64,000 bases of DNA from Nitrospirota bacterium (lineage in GTDB: Bacteria > Nitrospirota > Thermodesulfovibrionia > Thermodesulfovibrionales > JdFR-86). Position numbers and translations under genes: made by a program. This document shows positions 1 to 9,173 of this stretch, piece by piece (position 1 is the first letter of the stretch; each line of letters begins with the position of its first letter). The stretch spans positions 33,309-97,308 of the forward strand of contig CAVRJY010000005.1 in NCBI GenBank assembly GCA_963721805.1. The letters are read 5' to 3'. The notes beneath the pieces were generated by a model. The model made no database searches and was not told the origin of the DNA. It worked only from the letters and a program-made list of their open reading frames with translations.

Positions 1-1303
1 GAAGCTCGCGGACAAGATCGAGGAGAAGCGCGCTACGTTCGTAGAGGCCGCTGTCGGCCACGGGGTCAAGGAGGCCAAGGCAGTAAAACTCTATGGCCTG
101 ATGGCGAAATTCGCGGAGTATGGCTTCAACAAGTCGCACGCGGCCGCGTACGCGCTCGTGATCTACCAGACCGCGTACCTCAAGGCCAACTACCCCGTGC
201 ACTTCATGGCCGCCTCGCTCTCGGCGGATTTGGACAACACGGAGAAGCTCGTAAAGTCGATAAAGGAATGCCGCAAGATGGGCATCAGCATCCTGCCGCC
301 GGACATCAACCTCTGCGGCGCGGAGTTCCGCGTGAGCGGGCAGAGCATCCGCTTCGGCCTGGGCGCGGTCAAAGGCGTCGGGGTCGCCGCGCTGGAGTCC
401 ATCATCGAGACCCGGCGCGGAAGCGGGCATTTCAAGTCCACGGAGGACTTCCTCAGGCGCATAGATTCGCGCCGCGTGAACAAGAAGGTCATCGAGGCCC
501 TGATAAAGGCCGGCGCGATGGATGGCTTCTGCGAAGCCGCGGCTGGCACGCTCGGCGTGGCCGCGTGCAGGCACAAGGCCTTAAAGACCGCGGCCGAGGC
601 CGGTGGCGGCGCGATACCCTCGATGGACCTCTTCGGCGGAACCCCTGAGGAGCAGGCAGCCGAGGACACGTGGGACGAGGCCGAACTGCTCAGAAACGAG
701 AAGGAGGCGCTGGGATTCTATATAACCGGCAGCCCGCTCGATAAGTACAGAAAAGTCCTGACCGCGATGGGCATACCGGACATCACGGAGCTCGAAGAGA
801 GCGCCGACCGCTCTACGGTCGAGACCGCGGGGATCGTGACCGCGATCCGCCGCCTGCGCACTAAGAAGGACAAGGAGCGCATCATGGCCGCCCTCACGCT
901 CGACGACGGCGAGGGCAGCATCGAGGTGATGGTGTGGCCGGACCTCTACGACGCCCAGCACGGCGGGATCAAGAAGGACGCGGCGTACCTCGTCAAGGGG
1001 ACGTTCGAAAAGAGCGACCGGGGCTCGAAGATACTGGCCGATTCTTTGCGCGAGCTTGAAGGGATACTGCACAGCAAGGGCAACGGCCGCAAAGTGATCG
1101 TGAATGTCCAGAGCGGCAGCGCGGACATGCGCGCCCTGCGCGAGCTGCTGCCTTCGGCGCAAAACGGGATGCCTCTTTATATACGGGTGCGCATGGCCGA
1201 CGCGGAGGTCTTGATACAGACCAGCCTTGAGGTCATGCCGGATGAGCCGCTGATCGCGCGCGTCGAGACCGCGCTGGGGGCCGGGGCGCTGGAGATTTTG
1301 TAA
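1..1303 (+). CDS. dnaE: DNA polymerase III alpha subunit, C-terminal part (5' end outside window)
   Basis: FAEYGFNKSHAAAY, YLKANYP, IRFGLGAVKGVG and EKEALGFYITG motifs; OB-fold region; frame open from base 2. Confidence 0.95.
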   Translation, partial: KLADKIEEKRATFVEAAVGHGVKEAKAVKLYGLMAKFAEYGFNKSHAAAYALVIYQTAYLKANYPVHFMAASLSADLDNTEKLVKSIKECRKMGISILPPDINLCGAEFRVSGQSIRFGLGAVKGVGVAALESIIETRRGSGHFKSTEDFLRRIDSRRVNKKVIEALIKAGAMDGFCEAAAGTLGVAACRHKALKTAAEAGGGAIPSMDLFGGTPEEQAAEDTWDEAELLRNEKEALGFYITGSPLDKYRKVLTAMGIPDITELEESADRSTVETAGIVTAIRRLRTKKDKERIMAALTLDDGEGSIEVMVWPDLYDAQHGGIKKDAAYLVKGTFEKSDRGSKILADSLRELEGILHSKGNGRKVIVNVQSGSADMRALRELLPSAQNGMPLYIRVRMADAEVLIQTSLEVMPDEPLIARVETALGAGALEIL

Positions 1304-1363
1304 GCTCGGTGAAAACGCGCTTTCCAAGATGGGCGAAAGCCGCTGGCCGCTGCCGCGGTCCGA

Positions 1364-1392
1364 TTGACAGTTGAAGCATTAGGGCCTAAGCT
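1364..1392 (+). promoter_or_regulatory. sigma70-type promoter
   Basis: TTGACA-17 nt-TAAGCT, 9 nt before the ATG at 1402. Confidence 0.6.
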
Positions 1393-1401
1393 TATGGTGT
1401 C

Positions 1402-1548
1402 ATGGACAACGAAAATAACGAGCCCGCCCAGGTCATCTGCGGCAACTGCCTTGAGGAGGTCCCGCATGAGCTTTTCTGTGAAAACTGCGGGGTTATACTG
1501 AAGCCTTACAGCAAACAATCATCTTCAAATCCCAGGGTATCTAGCTGA
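1402..1548 (+). CDS. 48-aa zinc-ribbon-like protein
   Basis: Manual translation MDNENNEPAQVICGNCLEEVPHELFCENCGVILKPYSKQSSSNPRVSS; two CxxC motifs; promoter directly upstream. Confidence 0.6.
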   Translation: MDNENNEPAQVICGNCLEEVPHELFCENCGVILKPYSKQSSSNPRVSS

Positions 1549-1629
1549 CCCGTTAACCGCGATTGGAACCTACAGGGGGACCCTCAGGCCCCCCTTCCTT
1601 TTTAGGAATCTTACACCGCTCCCGCTACC

Positions 1630-1810
1630 TTCTTGAAAGCGATCCAAAGTTCCGGGATACTGCGTCACGTCTCGGAAATCCGTCCTCGATGTACGTCTCA
1701 GTACACCGTCGGACGTTTTCCTCGCCGTTTCCTTGTCTGCCGAAATTTGGCCCGCTTTATGGGGTTAAACGCGGCCCAGCCGCTGGACCCCATACCCCGT
1801 GGTCAACGGC
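1630..1810 (+). repeat. repeat A copy 1
   Basis: AAAGCGATCCAAA...GTACGTCTCAGTAC...TTTGGCCCGCTTT plus tail ending GGTCAACGGC. Confidence 0.9.
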
Positions 1811-1992
1811 GTTAAATTAGGGACACCCATACTGCTACCGGCTACTTTGACATAGTATGTCTCAGTGTGATAAATAATAAGTGGAGGTGCAGATATGACA
1901 TAGGATAAAATGGCTATATTTTTTGAAATGGTTTCACCAAGTATAAGACGCCCTTTGGGCCGAAAATGATTGCGTTGTAAAAGGAAAAGAAA

Positions 1993-2175
1993 ATGGAAAT
2001 TCAGCCGTCAAAGAAGAGCCAAGCGCTCCCACGTTGTCAGACCAAGATAAGCGGGTCAGGGTATAACTGCACTACCAATGATCCTGGGGTTCAGCAATAC
2101 ATAGGCAAGGGCATCTTAATTCTATTGATCTGTGTTGGAGTTGCCGTTATATTAAAGGCGATGCCCCGCAACTGA
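1993..2175 (+). CDS. small protein with C-terminal hydrophobic helix (cargo islet 1)
   Basis: AAGGA RBS; 60 aa ending ILILLICVGVAVILK; followed by a strong hairpin. Confidence 0.45.
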   Translation: MEIQPSKKSQALPRCQTKISGSGYNCTTNDPGVQQYIGKGILILLICVGVAVILKAMPRN

Positions 2176-2202
2176 TCGTTCTGTGCATAAGTAAATAGAG
2201 GC

Positions 2203-2246
2203 TATAGACACCACGGCCCCTCGTTCGAGGGGCCGTGGTGTCTATA
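2203..2246. terminator. perfect 21-bp inverted repeat (probable terminator)
   Basis: TATAGACACCACGGCCCCTCG-TT-CGAGGGGCCGTGGTGTCTATA. Confidence 0.6.
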
Positions 2247-2353
2247 TGTTTAACATGGGATCGATGATCTTGCAATCGTGAATAAAATTAATCGCTAATC
2301 AAGAACCTTCATTGGCGCGGGGGCAGCGGGAGCAAACCAGCCACTATTATAAT

Positions 2354-2519
2354 GCCGTTGACCGCTCGCACGATTATGCAGGGGAAGGTTAAAGTGCGAG
2401 AAATCGTGTCAGACAAGGAACGGCGAGGAAAACCGTCCGCAGTCGTACTGGGATGTACTTCGAGGACGGATTTCCGAAGCCGTGACGACGTATCACGCGC
2501 ATTTCGCGCGCTTTGAGAA
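2354..2519 (-). repeat. repeat A copy 2 (inverted relative to copy 1)
   Basis: GCCGTTGACC...GTACTGGGATGTAC...TTTCGCGCGCTTT. Confidence 0.9.
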
Positions 2520-2520
2520 C

Positions 2521-2919
2521 CTAGACTATCAGCCGCAGCTTTTTTATCTCTTGAAGCAATAAACCCTTGTCTATGGGCTTGACTATGTAGGAGAGCGCCT
2601 CACCTTTATAGAACGCGACCGATACGTTCTTCGGGTCGTCGAGCGACGTGATCATGATGACCTTCATCGCCTCGTGCGCCCCGATGCCGCGCTCGCGCTC
2701 CATCGCGCGGACGTGTTCGAGGGCCTCCTGCCCGCTGAGGTGCGGCATGATGATGTCCATCAGTATCAGGTCGTAGGGCGCGCCCTCGTCAAGCGCGATG
2801 CGGCAGGCCTGCACCGCCTCCAGCCCGTTTACGGCGACCTCGATGCTGCCGTACTCGCTCAGGATCGAGGTCAGGATCTGCCTGTTGACGAAGTCGTCCT
2901 CAGCGATCAGTATCTTCAT
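2521..2919 (-). CDS. single-domain response regulator (CheY-like receiver)
   Basis: MKILIAEDD, DLILMDIIMP, VIMITS and YIVKP motifs. Confidence 0.9.
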   Translation of the reverse strand: MKILIAEDDFVNRQILTSILSEYGSIEVAVNGLEAVQACRIALDEGAPYDLILMDIIMPHLSGQEALEHVRAMERERGIGAHEAMKVIMITSLDDPKNVSVAFYKGEALSYIVKPIDKGLLLQEIKKLRLIV

Positions 2920-3049
2920 CGCGGTATCTTTCACGTTGATATTTTACAATATTTCTGGCTATTGCGCTTGATATTTCTGGTAATATATAGCAATAAGGGC
3001 TCGGAGCGGCATTTGTTATCAGGGCCGGGCGCGGAGGGGACAAGGACTC

Positions 3050-3877
3050 ATGGCCGAGGCCAGGGAAGTCAGCGAGTACATCAGGGGCATCAGGGAGGGC
3101 TCGACCCTCCCGGAGATGCTCGGCAAGATCATCGCGCTCGTGCAGGACGAGAACTCCTCGAGCGCGGACCTGTGCCGCCTGATCTCGTTCGACCAGGGCC
3201 TGGCCGAGAGCATCCTGCGCGTCGCCAACTCCTCGATGTTCGGCCACTCGGGCCGTATACGCGACATAGACCAGGCCGTGATGTTCCTGGGCTACCGCCA
3301 GATAAAGGCCATCGCGCTTGGGATGAGCGTGATGAAGGTCTTCCCGCCCGGCGGCTCGTTCAGCCTGCGGGCGCTCTGGGCGCACGGCTACGAGGTGGCG
3401 TGCATCGCAAACGCGCTGGCCGAGGCCGTGCCTTCGGCCACTGCGAGGGAGTGTTTTCTGGCCGGGCTGCTGCACGACATAGGCCGCGTGATATTCTGCC
3501 GCCTGGACGCGGAGCGGTTCCTGAAGATCGGCACCGGCGACGACATGCTGCAGCGCGAGCGCGAGCTCTACGGCTGCACGCACGAGGACGCCGGGCGGTG
3601 GTTTTTGGAGGACACGAAGCTCCCCGATGACATCATCATGCCGGTGGCCTTCCACCACCAGCCGGACAAGGCCACGTCGTACGCCGACTCTGTCGCGATA
3701 GTGTCGTTCGCCGAGGCGCTCTCGCGCGTGCTCAACCCCGAGCGGGAGAACGACGGCATATGGCTTGCGGCCCATGACGAGATCAACCGTAGATTCGCGC
3801 TCTCTCAGGACCAGATCATGCAGATCGGCACGAGGCTTGCGCTGATGAAACGGGATATAGGAGTGTTTTTCAGATAA
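3050..3877 (+). CDS. HDOD domain protein
   Basis: DQGLAESILRVANSS, AVMFLG, AGLLHDIG, HHQP. Confidence 0.9.
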   Translation: MAEAREVSEYIRGIREGSTLPEMLGKIIALVQDENSSSADLCRLISFDQGLAESILRVANSSMFGHSGRIRDIDQAVMFLGYRQIKAIALGMSVMKVFPPGGSFSLRALWAHGYEVACIANALAEAVPSATARECFLAGLLHDIGRVIFCRLDAERFLKIGTGDDMLQRERELYGCTHEDAGRWFLEDTKLPDDIIMPVAFHHQPDKATSYADSVAIVSFAEALSRVLNPERENDGIWLAAHDEINRRFALSQDQIMQIGTRLALMKRDIGVFFR

Positions 3878-3898
3878 CGGCGTCAATTTGGGAGGTGG

Positions 3899-4756
3899 AT
3901 GTTGTCCGATAACAGGGAGAAGATTTTAAAGACGCTGGACTTGCCGTCGGTGCCGATGGTCGCGCTAAAGATACTCCGGCTGATGGACAACCCCAACGCC
4001 GGGGTCGATGACCTTCAAAACGCGATCATGGCCGACCAGGGCCTGGCGGCGCGCGTCATCCGCATGGCGAACTCGTCGTTCTACTCGATGAGCCGCGAGA
4101 TCGACACAGTGAGCTCGGCGATCTTCGTGATGGGCTTCGGGACGATCAAGAACCTCGCGCTTGCGGTCGCGACGCGCGACATCTACAAGAAGTTCGGCCT
4201 GCTGGAGCAGAAGCTCTGGGAGCACAGCATCGGGGTCTCGGTCGCGGCGGGCATCATTGCGCGGCAGGTGAAGTTCTTCAAGCCCGAGGAGGCGGTCATG
4301 GCCGGGCTCCTGCACGACATCGGCAAGGTCGTCCTGAACAACAACCTCCCGGAGCAGTTTCTGGTGCTCACGCAGCGCGTGTACGAGGAAAACGTCATGT
4401 ACTCGGAGATCGAAAACGACATATTCGGGTTCGGCCACGCCGAGGTCGGCGGCCTCTTCGCCGAGAAGTGGAGGTTCCCCGAGGCGCTCGTGAGCGTCAT
4501 CCAGCACCACCACGACTGCGAGCAGTTCGCCTCGACGCTCCCGGCCGACGCCTCGGAGGCCAAGCTCTGCCGCATCATCGCGCTGGCGGACGCCATCTGC
4601 CTCCGCCTCGGCATAGGCTACAGCGGCCCGATGACCGACCTCAAGATCGACGAGGACGCGATGCTCGCGAAGCTCGACATACCCAAGGCGAAGTACCCGG
4701 AGCTGAAGGAAGACATAAAGCAGCAGTACATGAAGGAGAAGCTCTCGTTCCACTGA
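3899..4756 (+). CDS. HDOD domain protein
   Basis: LPSVP, DQGLAARVIRMANSS, LWEHS, AGLLHDIGK, GFGHAEVG. Confidence 0.92.
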   Translation: MLSDNREKILKTLDLPSVPMVALKILRLMDNPNAGVDDLQNAIMADQGLAARVIRMANSSFYSMSREIDTVSSAIFVMGFGTIKNLALAVATRDIYKKFGLLEQKLWEHSIGVSVAAGIIARQVKFFKPEEAVMAGLLHDIGKVVLNNNLPEQFLVLTQRVYEENVMYSEIENDIFGFGHAEVGGLFAEKWRFPEALVSVIQHHHDCEQFASTLPADASEAKLCRIIALADAICLRLGIGYSGPMTDLKIDEDAMLAKLDIPKAKYPELKEDIKQQYMKEKLSFH

Positions 4757-4774
4757 GAAAGAGCTGAGGGGGCC

Positions 4775-5020
4775 GTGGAGATACCCGAGATAAAAGGCGC
4801 GTTAGAGGGCGCACCCTACGCCAGGCCAAAGGTGCGCAAGCCGGGCGAAAAGGACGTCGAGCCCACCGAGCGCATCGCGTTTACCGAGATAATCTCCGAA
4901 GACCAGCGCGAGGGGCACCACCCGCCCACCGAGGACCTCCATCCCGAGGCGAGGGGCGGCCACAAGAAAGAGGAGAAGGCCCCGCCGCCTCCGCCGGGCC
5001 ACGTGGACATAAAAGTTTAG
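4775..5020 (+). CDS. small hypothetical protein
   Basis: Fills the gap between co-oriented genes; GAGGGG upstream; ends GHVDIKV. Confidence 0.55.
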   Translation: MEIPEIKGALEGAPYARPKVRKPGEKDVEPTERIAFTEIISEDQREGHHPPTEDLHPEARGGHKKEEKAPPPPPGHVDIKV

Positions 5021-5053
5021 GGCCTGTCTCCAGCAGGCCCTGGGGGGGACGAG

Positions 5054-5896
5054 ATGAAAACAGCCGTTGTCCTGGCCGCCTCGATCTTCGCATTCGTCCT
5101 GGCCGCGGCCCTGCCGGCATTCGCCACCTGCACGCCGGGCACGGACTGGACCGTCTCCTGGACCGACCAGTATGGCGAGACGACTTATACACTCACCGCG
5201 CCGTGCAAGGTCTACATCGGCGTCCCGTTTAATATCAACGCTACGGCCTCAGACAGCTACTATCCAAACAGTTCGGTCGCGTACCCGTGGGCGATCTACG
5301 ACGCGTACGACCCGGGCACCGGGCTGGTCAACGATACCGTCGCGGGCGGCTCGTGGCTTACTCTCTCTGGCGGACACTGGCAGACGGTCGTCTCGCGCAC
5401 ATACAGCGGCACGCCATACGACCATACGATCGGTTTTTACGCCAACGACCTCGGCCACGGCACCGGGGCCCATAACTTCTCGCAGCAGATTGTCGGCAAC
5501 GTGACCGTGGACCCGTTTCTGGTCGATGCGGGGCCGGACCTCGTCATAACCGCCAGCCAGCAGGGATCGACCGTGATCCACGGCACTACGGCGGGGACCG
5601 GGCTGAGCTACCGCTGGCTGGAGGGGGCCACGGTTTTGCAGGGCTACCTGCCGGTGGACGGCTCGGGAGGCGCCCCGCTGGACCTCTCGACGCTCTCGCC
5701 GCTCTCCGATGGCGCACACACACTCACGCTTCAGATCACCGACGGCAACGCCACGAACGCCGACGCCATGGTGCTCACGATAGGCGCCCCCGCGGCCGCA
5801 TACGTGGGCTATGACCCCAAGTGGTTCGGCATAACCTTCCTTATACTTATGGCCGCCGGAGCGTATCTCTTGCGCGGGCGGACCGCGAGGAGTTAA
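5054..5896 (+). CDS. secreted surface protein with PKD/Ig-like region and C-terminal sorting-signal-like tail
   Basis: Signal peptide (...LPAFA); Thr/Gly-rich body; DAGPD..LSYRW..HTLTLQITDG; tail YVGYDPKW + TM helix + RGRTARS. Confidence 0.8.
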   Translation: MKTAVVLAASIFAFVLAAALPAFATCTPGTDWTVSWTDQYGETTYTLTAPCKVYIGVPFNINATASDSYYPNSSVAYPWAIYDAYDPGTGLVNDTVAGGSWLTLSGGHWQTVVSRTYSGTPYDHTIGFYANDLGHGTGAHNFSQQIVGNVTVDPFLVDAGPDLVITASQQGSTVIHGTTAGTGLSYRWLEGATVLQGYLPVDGSGGAPLDLSTLSPLSDGAHTLTLQITDGNATNADAMVLTIGAPAAAYVGYDPKWFGITFLILMAAGAYLLRGRTARS

Positions 5897-5904
5897 GCCC
5901 TCTG

Positions 5905-6453
5905 GTGAACAGTTACACAATGAGGGAAGGGGGCAGTCGCCCCCCATTCGGCCGCCCCCTGTGGCCCCTTGGCCTTGTTTTCGGCCTGACCGCGATAATC
6001 CTCAACGTGCTCGTGGCATACCTGATGGGCAACGGACATCTCGCATTCATACCCGACCTCACCGCTCGCGCGATAACCGCGCTGGTGCAGGCCTCGGGGC
6101 TGCACGCGGTGAGGGAGGGGCTCGTCATACACCTGACGAACAGCACCTGGGAGGTCGCGATCGAGTGCACCGCGGTCTTCATCATGCTCATATACGCCTC
6201 GTTCGTGCTCGTCTATCCGGCCTCCGTGAGGGCCAAGCTGGCCGCGCTGTTGGCCGGGATACCGTTTATCTTCTGCGCCAACATCCTGAGGCTGTACGCC
6301 ATGGCCTGGATCGATTACCTGATGCCCGGCTACAGCGCGGCCTTCCACAGCTACGTCTGGCAGGTGGCGTTCATACTTATGGTGGTCATGATGTGGCTTG
6401 GCTGGATCGCGCACCTCGGGGACGATGAGAGCAAGGCTCCTCTTTCTCGCTAA
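5905..6453 (+). CDS. exosortase/archaeosortase family protein (XrtH-like)
   Basis: Multi-TM protein with candidate catalytic Cys (AIECTA), Arg (NILRL) and His (FHSYVWQ); start at 5905 or 5920. Confidence 0.8.
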   Translation: MNSYTMREGGSRPPFGRPLWPLGLVFGLTAIILNVLVAYLMGNGHLAFIPDLTARAITALVQASGLHAVREGLVIHLTNSTWEVAIECTAVFIMLIYASFVLVYPASVRAKLAALLAGIPFIFCANILRLYAMAWIDYLMPGYSAAFHSYVWQVAFILMVVMMWLGWIAHLGDDESKAPLSR

Positions 6454-6907
6454 GTTTCTGGGCTGCTCGCTGCTGCTTGACGCGGCCTGGCCTGCGGTGT
6501 CCTCGGCTTATGTCGCCGCGCTCGGCGGCGCGCTCGATTGGCTGACCGGCGTGCCGGGCTTCTTCTCGCCCGGAGATGCCCCCGGCATAGCCGAGCTCAG
6601 CAGGCTCCTGATCCCCCTGTTTTCGCTCGTGCTCGTGACGCCCGGCGTGCGGCCCGCCAGGAGGGCGGCCCTGCTCGCGGCCGGGGCGGTCGCCTTCGGG
6701 GCCGACGACCTCGCGGGCTACTGGTCGTTTGCGCAGCTCGTGCGCACGCACAGGCTGGCTCTGGGCAGCCCGCTGTTTCTCGCGGCCTCCGCCGTGCCGC
6801 TCACCGTAAAGTGGCTGCTGCCCTTCCTGCTGGGCGCGCTGCCGAATTACGCCCGCCTGAAGGCCGTATTCGCTCCGCCCCCGGCCCCCGCAACAGTCCC
6901 GGAATAG
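6425..6907 (+). CDS. membrane protein, probable exosortase-associated accessory
   Basis: Overlaps the exosortase 3' end; hydrophobic; LVLVTP segment. Confidence 0.55.
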   Translation: MRARLLFLAKFLGCSLLLDAAWPAVSSAYVAALGGALDWLTGVPGFFSPGDAPGIAELSRLLIPLFSLVLVTPGVRPARRAALLAAGAVAFGADDLAGYWSFAQLVRTHRLALGSPLFLAASAVPLTVKWLLPFLLGALPNYARLKAVFAPPPAPATVPE

Positions 6908-7004
6908 GCCCGCCTGTGGGGCCTTGATCTGGCCCGCTGTGCGGGTTGTTGCGTCCCGCCGCATTGTGCCGTATAATCGAATTTAGATATATGTATCGGG
7001 CCGC

Positions 7005-7033
7005 TTGACTAATTGTTTAGAAGTTTCTAAACT
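7005..7033 (+). promoter_or_regulatory. sigma70 promoter with overlapping palindromic operator
   Basis: TTGACT-17-TAAACT; inverted repeat GTTTAGAA-GT-TTCTAAAC at 7015-7032. Confidence 0.65.
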
Positions 7034-7094
7034 ATAGATAAGGTCGCGCGCCTCTGCGTGCGACACCAAAGACCCAAGGAGGATAGAGAAAGCG

Positions 7095-7316
7095 ATGTCA
7101 ACCGAACTGAATTTCAAGGGCATGGCCTGCCCGATGCCGATCATGAAGACCGCGATAGCGTTCAAGAAGGCCGCCTCTGGCGACGAGTTCAAGATCGTAT
7201 GCGACGACCCCGGGTTCGAGCCTGACATCAAGGCGTGGGCCTCAGAGACCGGCAACCCCCTGGTGGGCATCGAGAAGTCCGGCAAGGACACCATCGCCAC
7301 CATCAAGAAGAAATAA
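7095..7316 (+). CDS. tusA: TusA-family sulfurtransferase
   Basis: GMACPMP and DDPG motifs; 73 aa. Confidence 0.9.
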   Translation: MSTELNFKGMACPMPIMKTAIAFKKAASGDEFKIVCDDPGFEPDIKAWASETGNPLVGIEKSGKDTIATIKKK

Positions 7317-7329
7317 GGAGGCTGGCGAA

Positions 7330-7860
7330 ATGTCGGTCGAAGAGAAGGTAAAAGAGCTGGAGGCCCGGCTCGAGAAGCTCGAGGCCAAGGGCGAGAACCT
7401 CACGATGGTCCTGATGAGCGGGGACTTCGACAAGGTGATGGGCGCGTTCATCATCGCAAACGGCGCGCTCGCGATGGGCAAGAACGTGACCGTGTTCGCG
7501 ACCTTCTGGGGCCTCGACGCGATCAAGAAAAGCTCGTTTGACACCTCCGGCCGCGGGTTCCTGGAGCGTATGGTCCTGATGATGCGCCCCAAGGGGCCGA
7601 TGAAGCTCCCGACCTCGAAGATGAACTTCGCTGGCATCGGGCCGATGCTTTTCAGGTACATGATGGGCAAGAAGAACGTCGAGGGCCTGGATTCCCTGAT
7701 CTCTATGTCCGTGGAGTTCGGGATAAAGATCATCGCCTGCCAGATGTCGATGGACGTCATGGGCATAAAGAAGTCGGATCTTCTGGACAGCGTGGAGGTG
7801 GGCGGCGTGGCCGCGTTCCTCCAAAGCTCGTATCAATCCAACACCACACTGTTTATATAA
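7330..7860 (+). CDS. DsrE/DsrF/DrsH-like (DsrE2-type) protein
   Basis: SGDFDK, FATFWGL, SKMNFAGIG, IACQMSMDVMGI. Confidence 0.88.
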   Translation: MSVEEKVKELEARLEKLEAKGENLTMVLMSGDFDKVMGAFIIANGALAMGKNVTVFATFWGLDAIKKSSFDTSGRGFLERMVLMMRPKGPMKLPTSKMNFAGIGPMLFRYMMGKKNVEGLDSLISMSVEFGIKIIACQMSMDVMGIKKSDLLDSVEVGGVAAFLQSSYQSNTTLFI

Positions 7861-7875
7861 GGAGCATTAAAACGC

Positions 7876-8244
7876 ATGGCAGAGAAGAAAGTCGTATACG
7901 TTGTCTCTAACGACCCGTACTCAAACACCGAGAACGTCTCGGCCGTCTTCGCCCAGGCCCTCACCGCGGTGAGCTTCGGCCACGAGTGCAGCATCTACCT
8001 GATGGACGAGGCCGTTAACATCGCTAGGAAGGGCGGCATCAAGGACGTGAAGTTCCCGCAGTTCGAGCCCCTTGCCATGATGGTCGAGAACTTCATGGAC
8101 ATGGAGGGCAAGATCTTCGTCTGCCACCCCTCGAGCGACGCCAGGGGCATACACGAGGCCGACTGCCTCGAGGGCGTGAAGTTCGTAAACGCCTCGGCGC
8201 TCGTCGCGGCCGGGATAGAGTCCGACGCGCTCTTCACGTTTTAA
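7876..8244 (+). CDS. DsrE-family protein
   Basis: IYLMDEAV and KIFVC motifs; size and operon context. Confidence 0.75.
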   Translation: MAEKKVVYVVSNDPYSNTENVSAVFAQALTAVSFGHECSIYLMDEAVNIARKGGIKDVKFPQFEPLAMMVENFMDMEGKIFVCHPSSDARGIHEADCLEGVKFVNASALVAAGIESDALFTF

Positions 8245-8263
8245 ATAACGCTTTTTCCCCTCG

Positions 8264-8307
8264 GGCCGGGCCTCCACTCCCCCCTAAGAGCGAGGCCCGG
8301 CCTTTTT
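8264..8307 (+). terminator. intrinsic terminator
   Basis: GGCCGGGCCTC...GAGGCCCGGCC followed by TTTTT. Confidence 0.65.
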
Positions 8308-8369
8308 CATTGAACCCTCATGGGTTCCCCGGATGCATAACGGGCCGCGTTCCTGATAAGCTAAATATA

Positions 8370-9173
8370 ATGGGTATCGCATCCAAAATCGACTCGCTCG
8401 CGTCCGCTGTGGCGGGGCTGCCAAGCGCGGTCATCGCGTTTTCGGGTGGCGCTGACAGCTCGCTCGTGCTTAAGGCCGCCTCGATGGCCGGGATGCGCCT
8501 GCTCGCGGTCACCGGCCGGAGCGAGACCACGCCGGTCTCTGACATCGAGAGCGCGATCAGGACCGCCCGCGCCCTGGGCGCGCCCCACCGCATTATCGAG
8601 ACCTCCGAGCTCGGGATCGAGGAGTTCGCCTCCAACCCCGTAGACCGCTGCTACCACTGCAAGCGCCACCTGTTTGGCCTGCTGAGCACGCTGGCGCATG
8701 ACGAGGGCTACGCATGCGTGCTGGAGGGCTCAAACGCGGACGACGCAGGAGACCACCGCCCCGGCATGAGGGCCGCGCGCGAGCTCGGCGTCAGAAGCCC
8801 GCTGCTCGCGGCCGGGCTCACGAAGGCGGACGTCCGCGAGATCTCGCGCTCGCTCGGCCTCGATTCCTGGGACCGCCCGTCCTCGCCCTGCCTCTCCTCC
8901 CGCATCCCCTATGGCATGCGGATAACCCCCGAGGCGCTCGGGATGATAGCTCGCGCCGAGGACGCGCTCCATGCCCTCGGCATTCGGGAGCTAAGGGTGC
9001 GCCACCACGGCGATAGCGCGCGCATCGAGGTCAGGCCCGAGGACATGGCGGCCGTCATAGAGCGGAGCGCTCAGATAACTTCGGAGCTGCGGACTATTGG
9101 ATACCGCTACGTCAGCCTCGACATCGAGGGCCTCCGAAGCGGTAGCCTCAATCCCCGCAGGGGGCTGGCATGA
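8370..9173 (+). CDS. larE: LarE-family ATP-dependent sulfur transferase (PP-loop)
   Basis: AFSGGADS, NPVDRCYHCK, DHRPG, PCLSSRIPYG, RVRHHG, RSGSLN. Confidence 0.9.
   Translation: MGIASKIDSLASAVAGLPSAVIAFSGGADSSLVLKAASMAGMRLLAVTGRSETTPVSDIESAIRTARALGAPHRIIETSELGIEEFASNPVDRCYHCKRHLFGLLSTLAHDEGYACVLEGSNADDAGDHRPGMRAARELGVRSPLLAAGLTKADVREISRSLGLDSWDRPSSPCLSSRIPYGMRITPEALGMIARAEDALHALGIRELRVRHHGDSARIEVRPEDMAAVIERSAQITSELRTIGYRYVSLDIEGLRSGSLNPRRGLA

Noticed and set aside
1304..1620. Structured ncRNA (6S/tmRNA-like) after dnaE
   Set aside because: No recognisable conserved RNA motif; the region is better explained by a promoter, a small CxxC ORF and a hairpin.
1563..1820. Short ORFs within repeat A copies (also 22920-23185, 38923-39114, 40181-40423, 48430-48738, 53643-54108)
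   Set aside because: Their mutual similarity comes from the DNA repeat; starts, stops and frames are inconsistent between copies.
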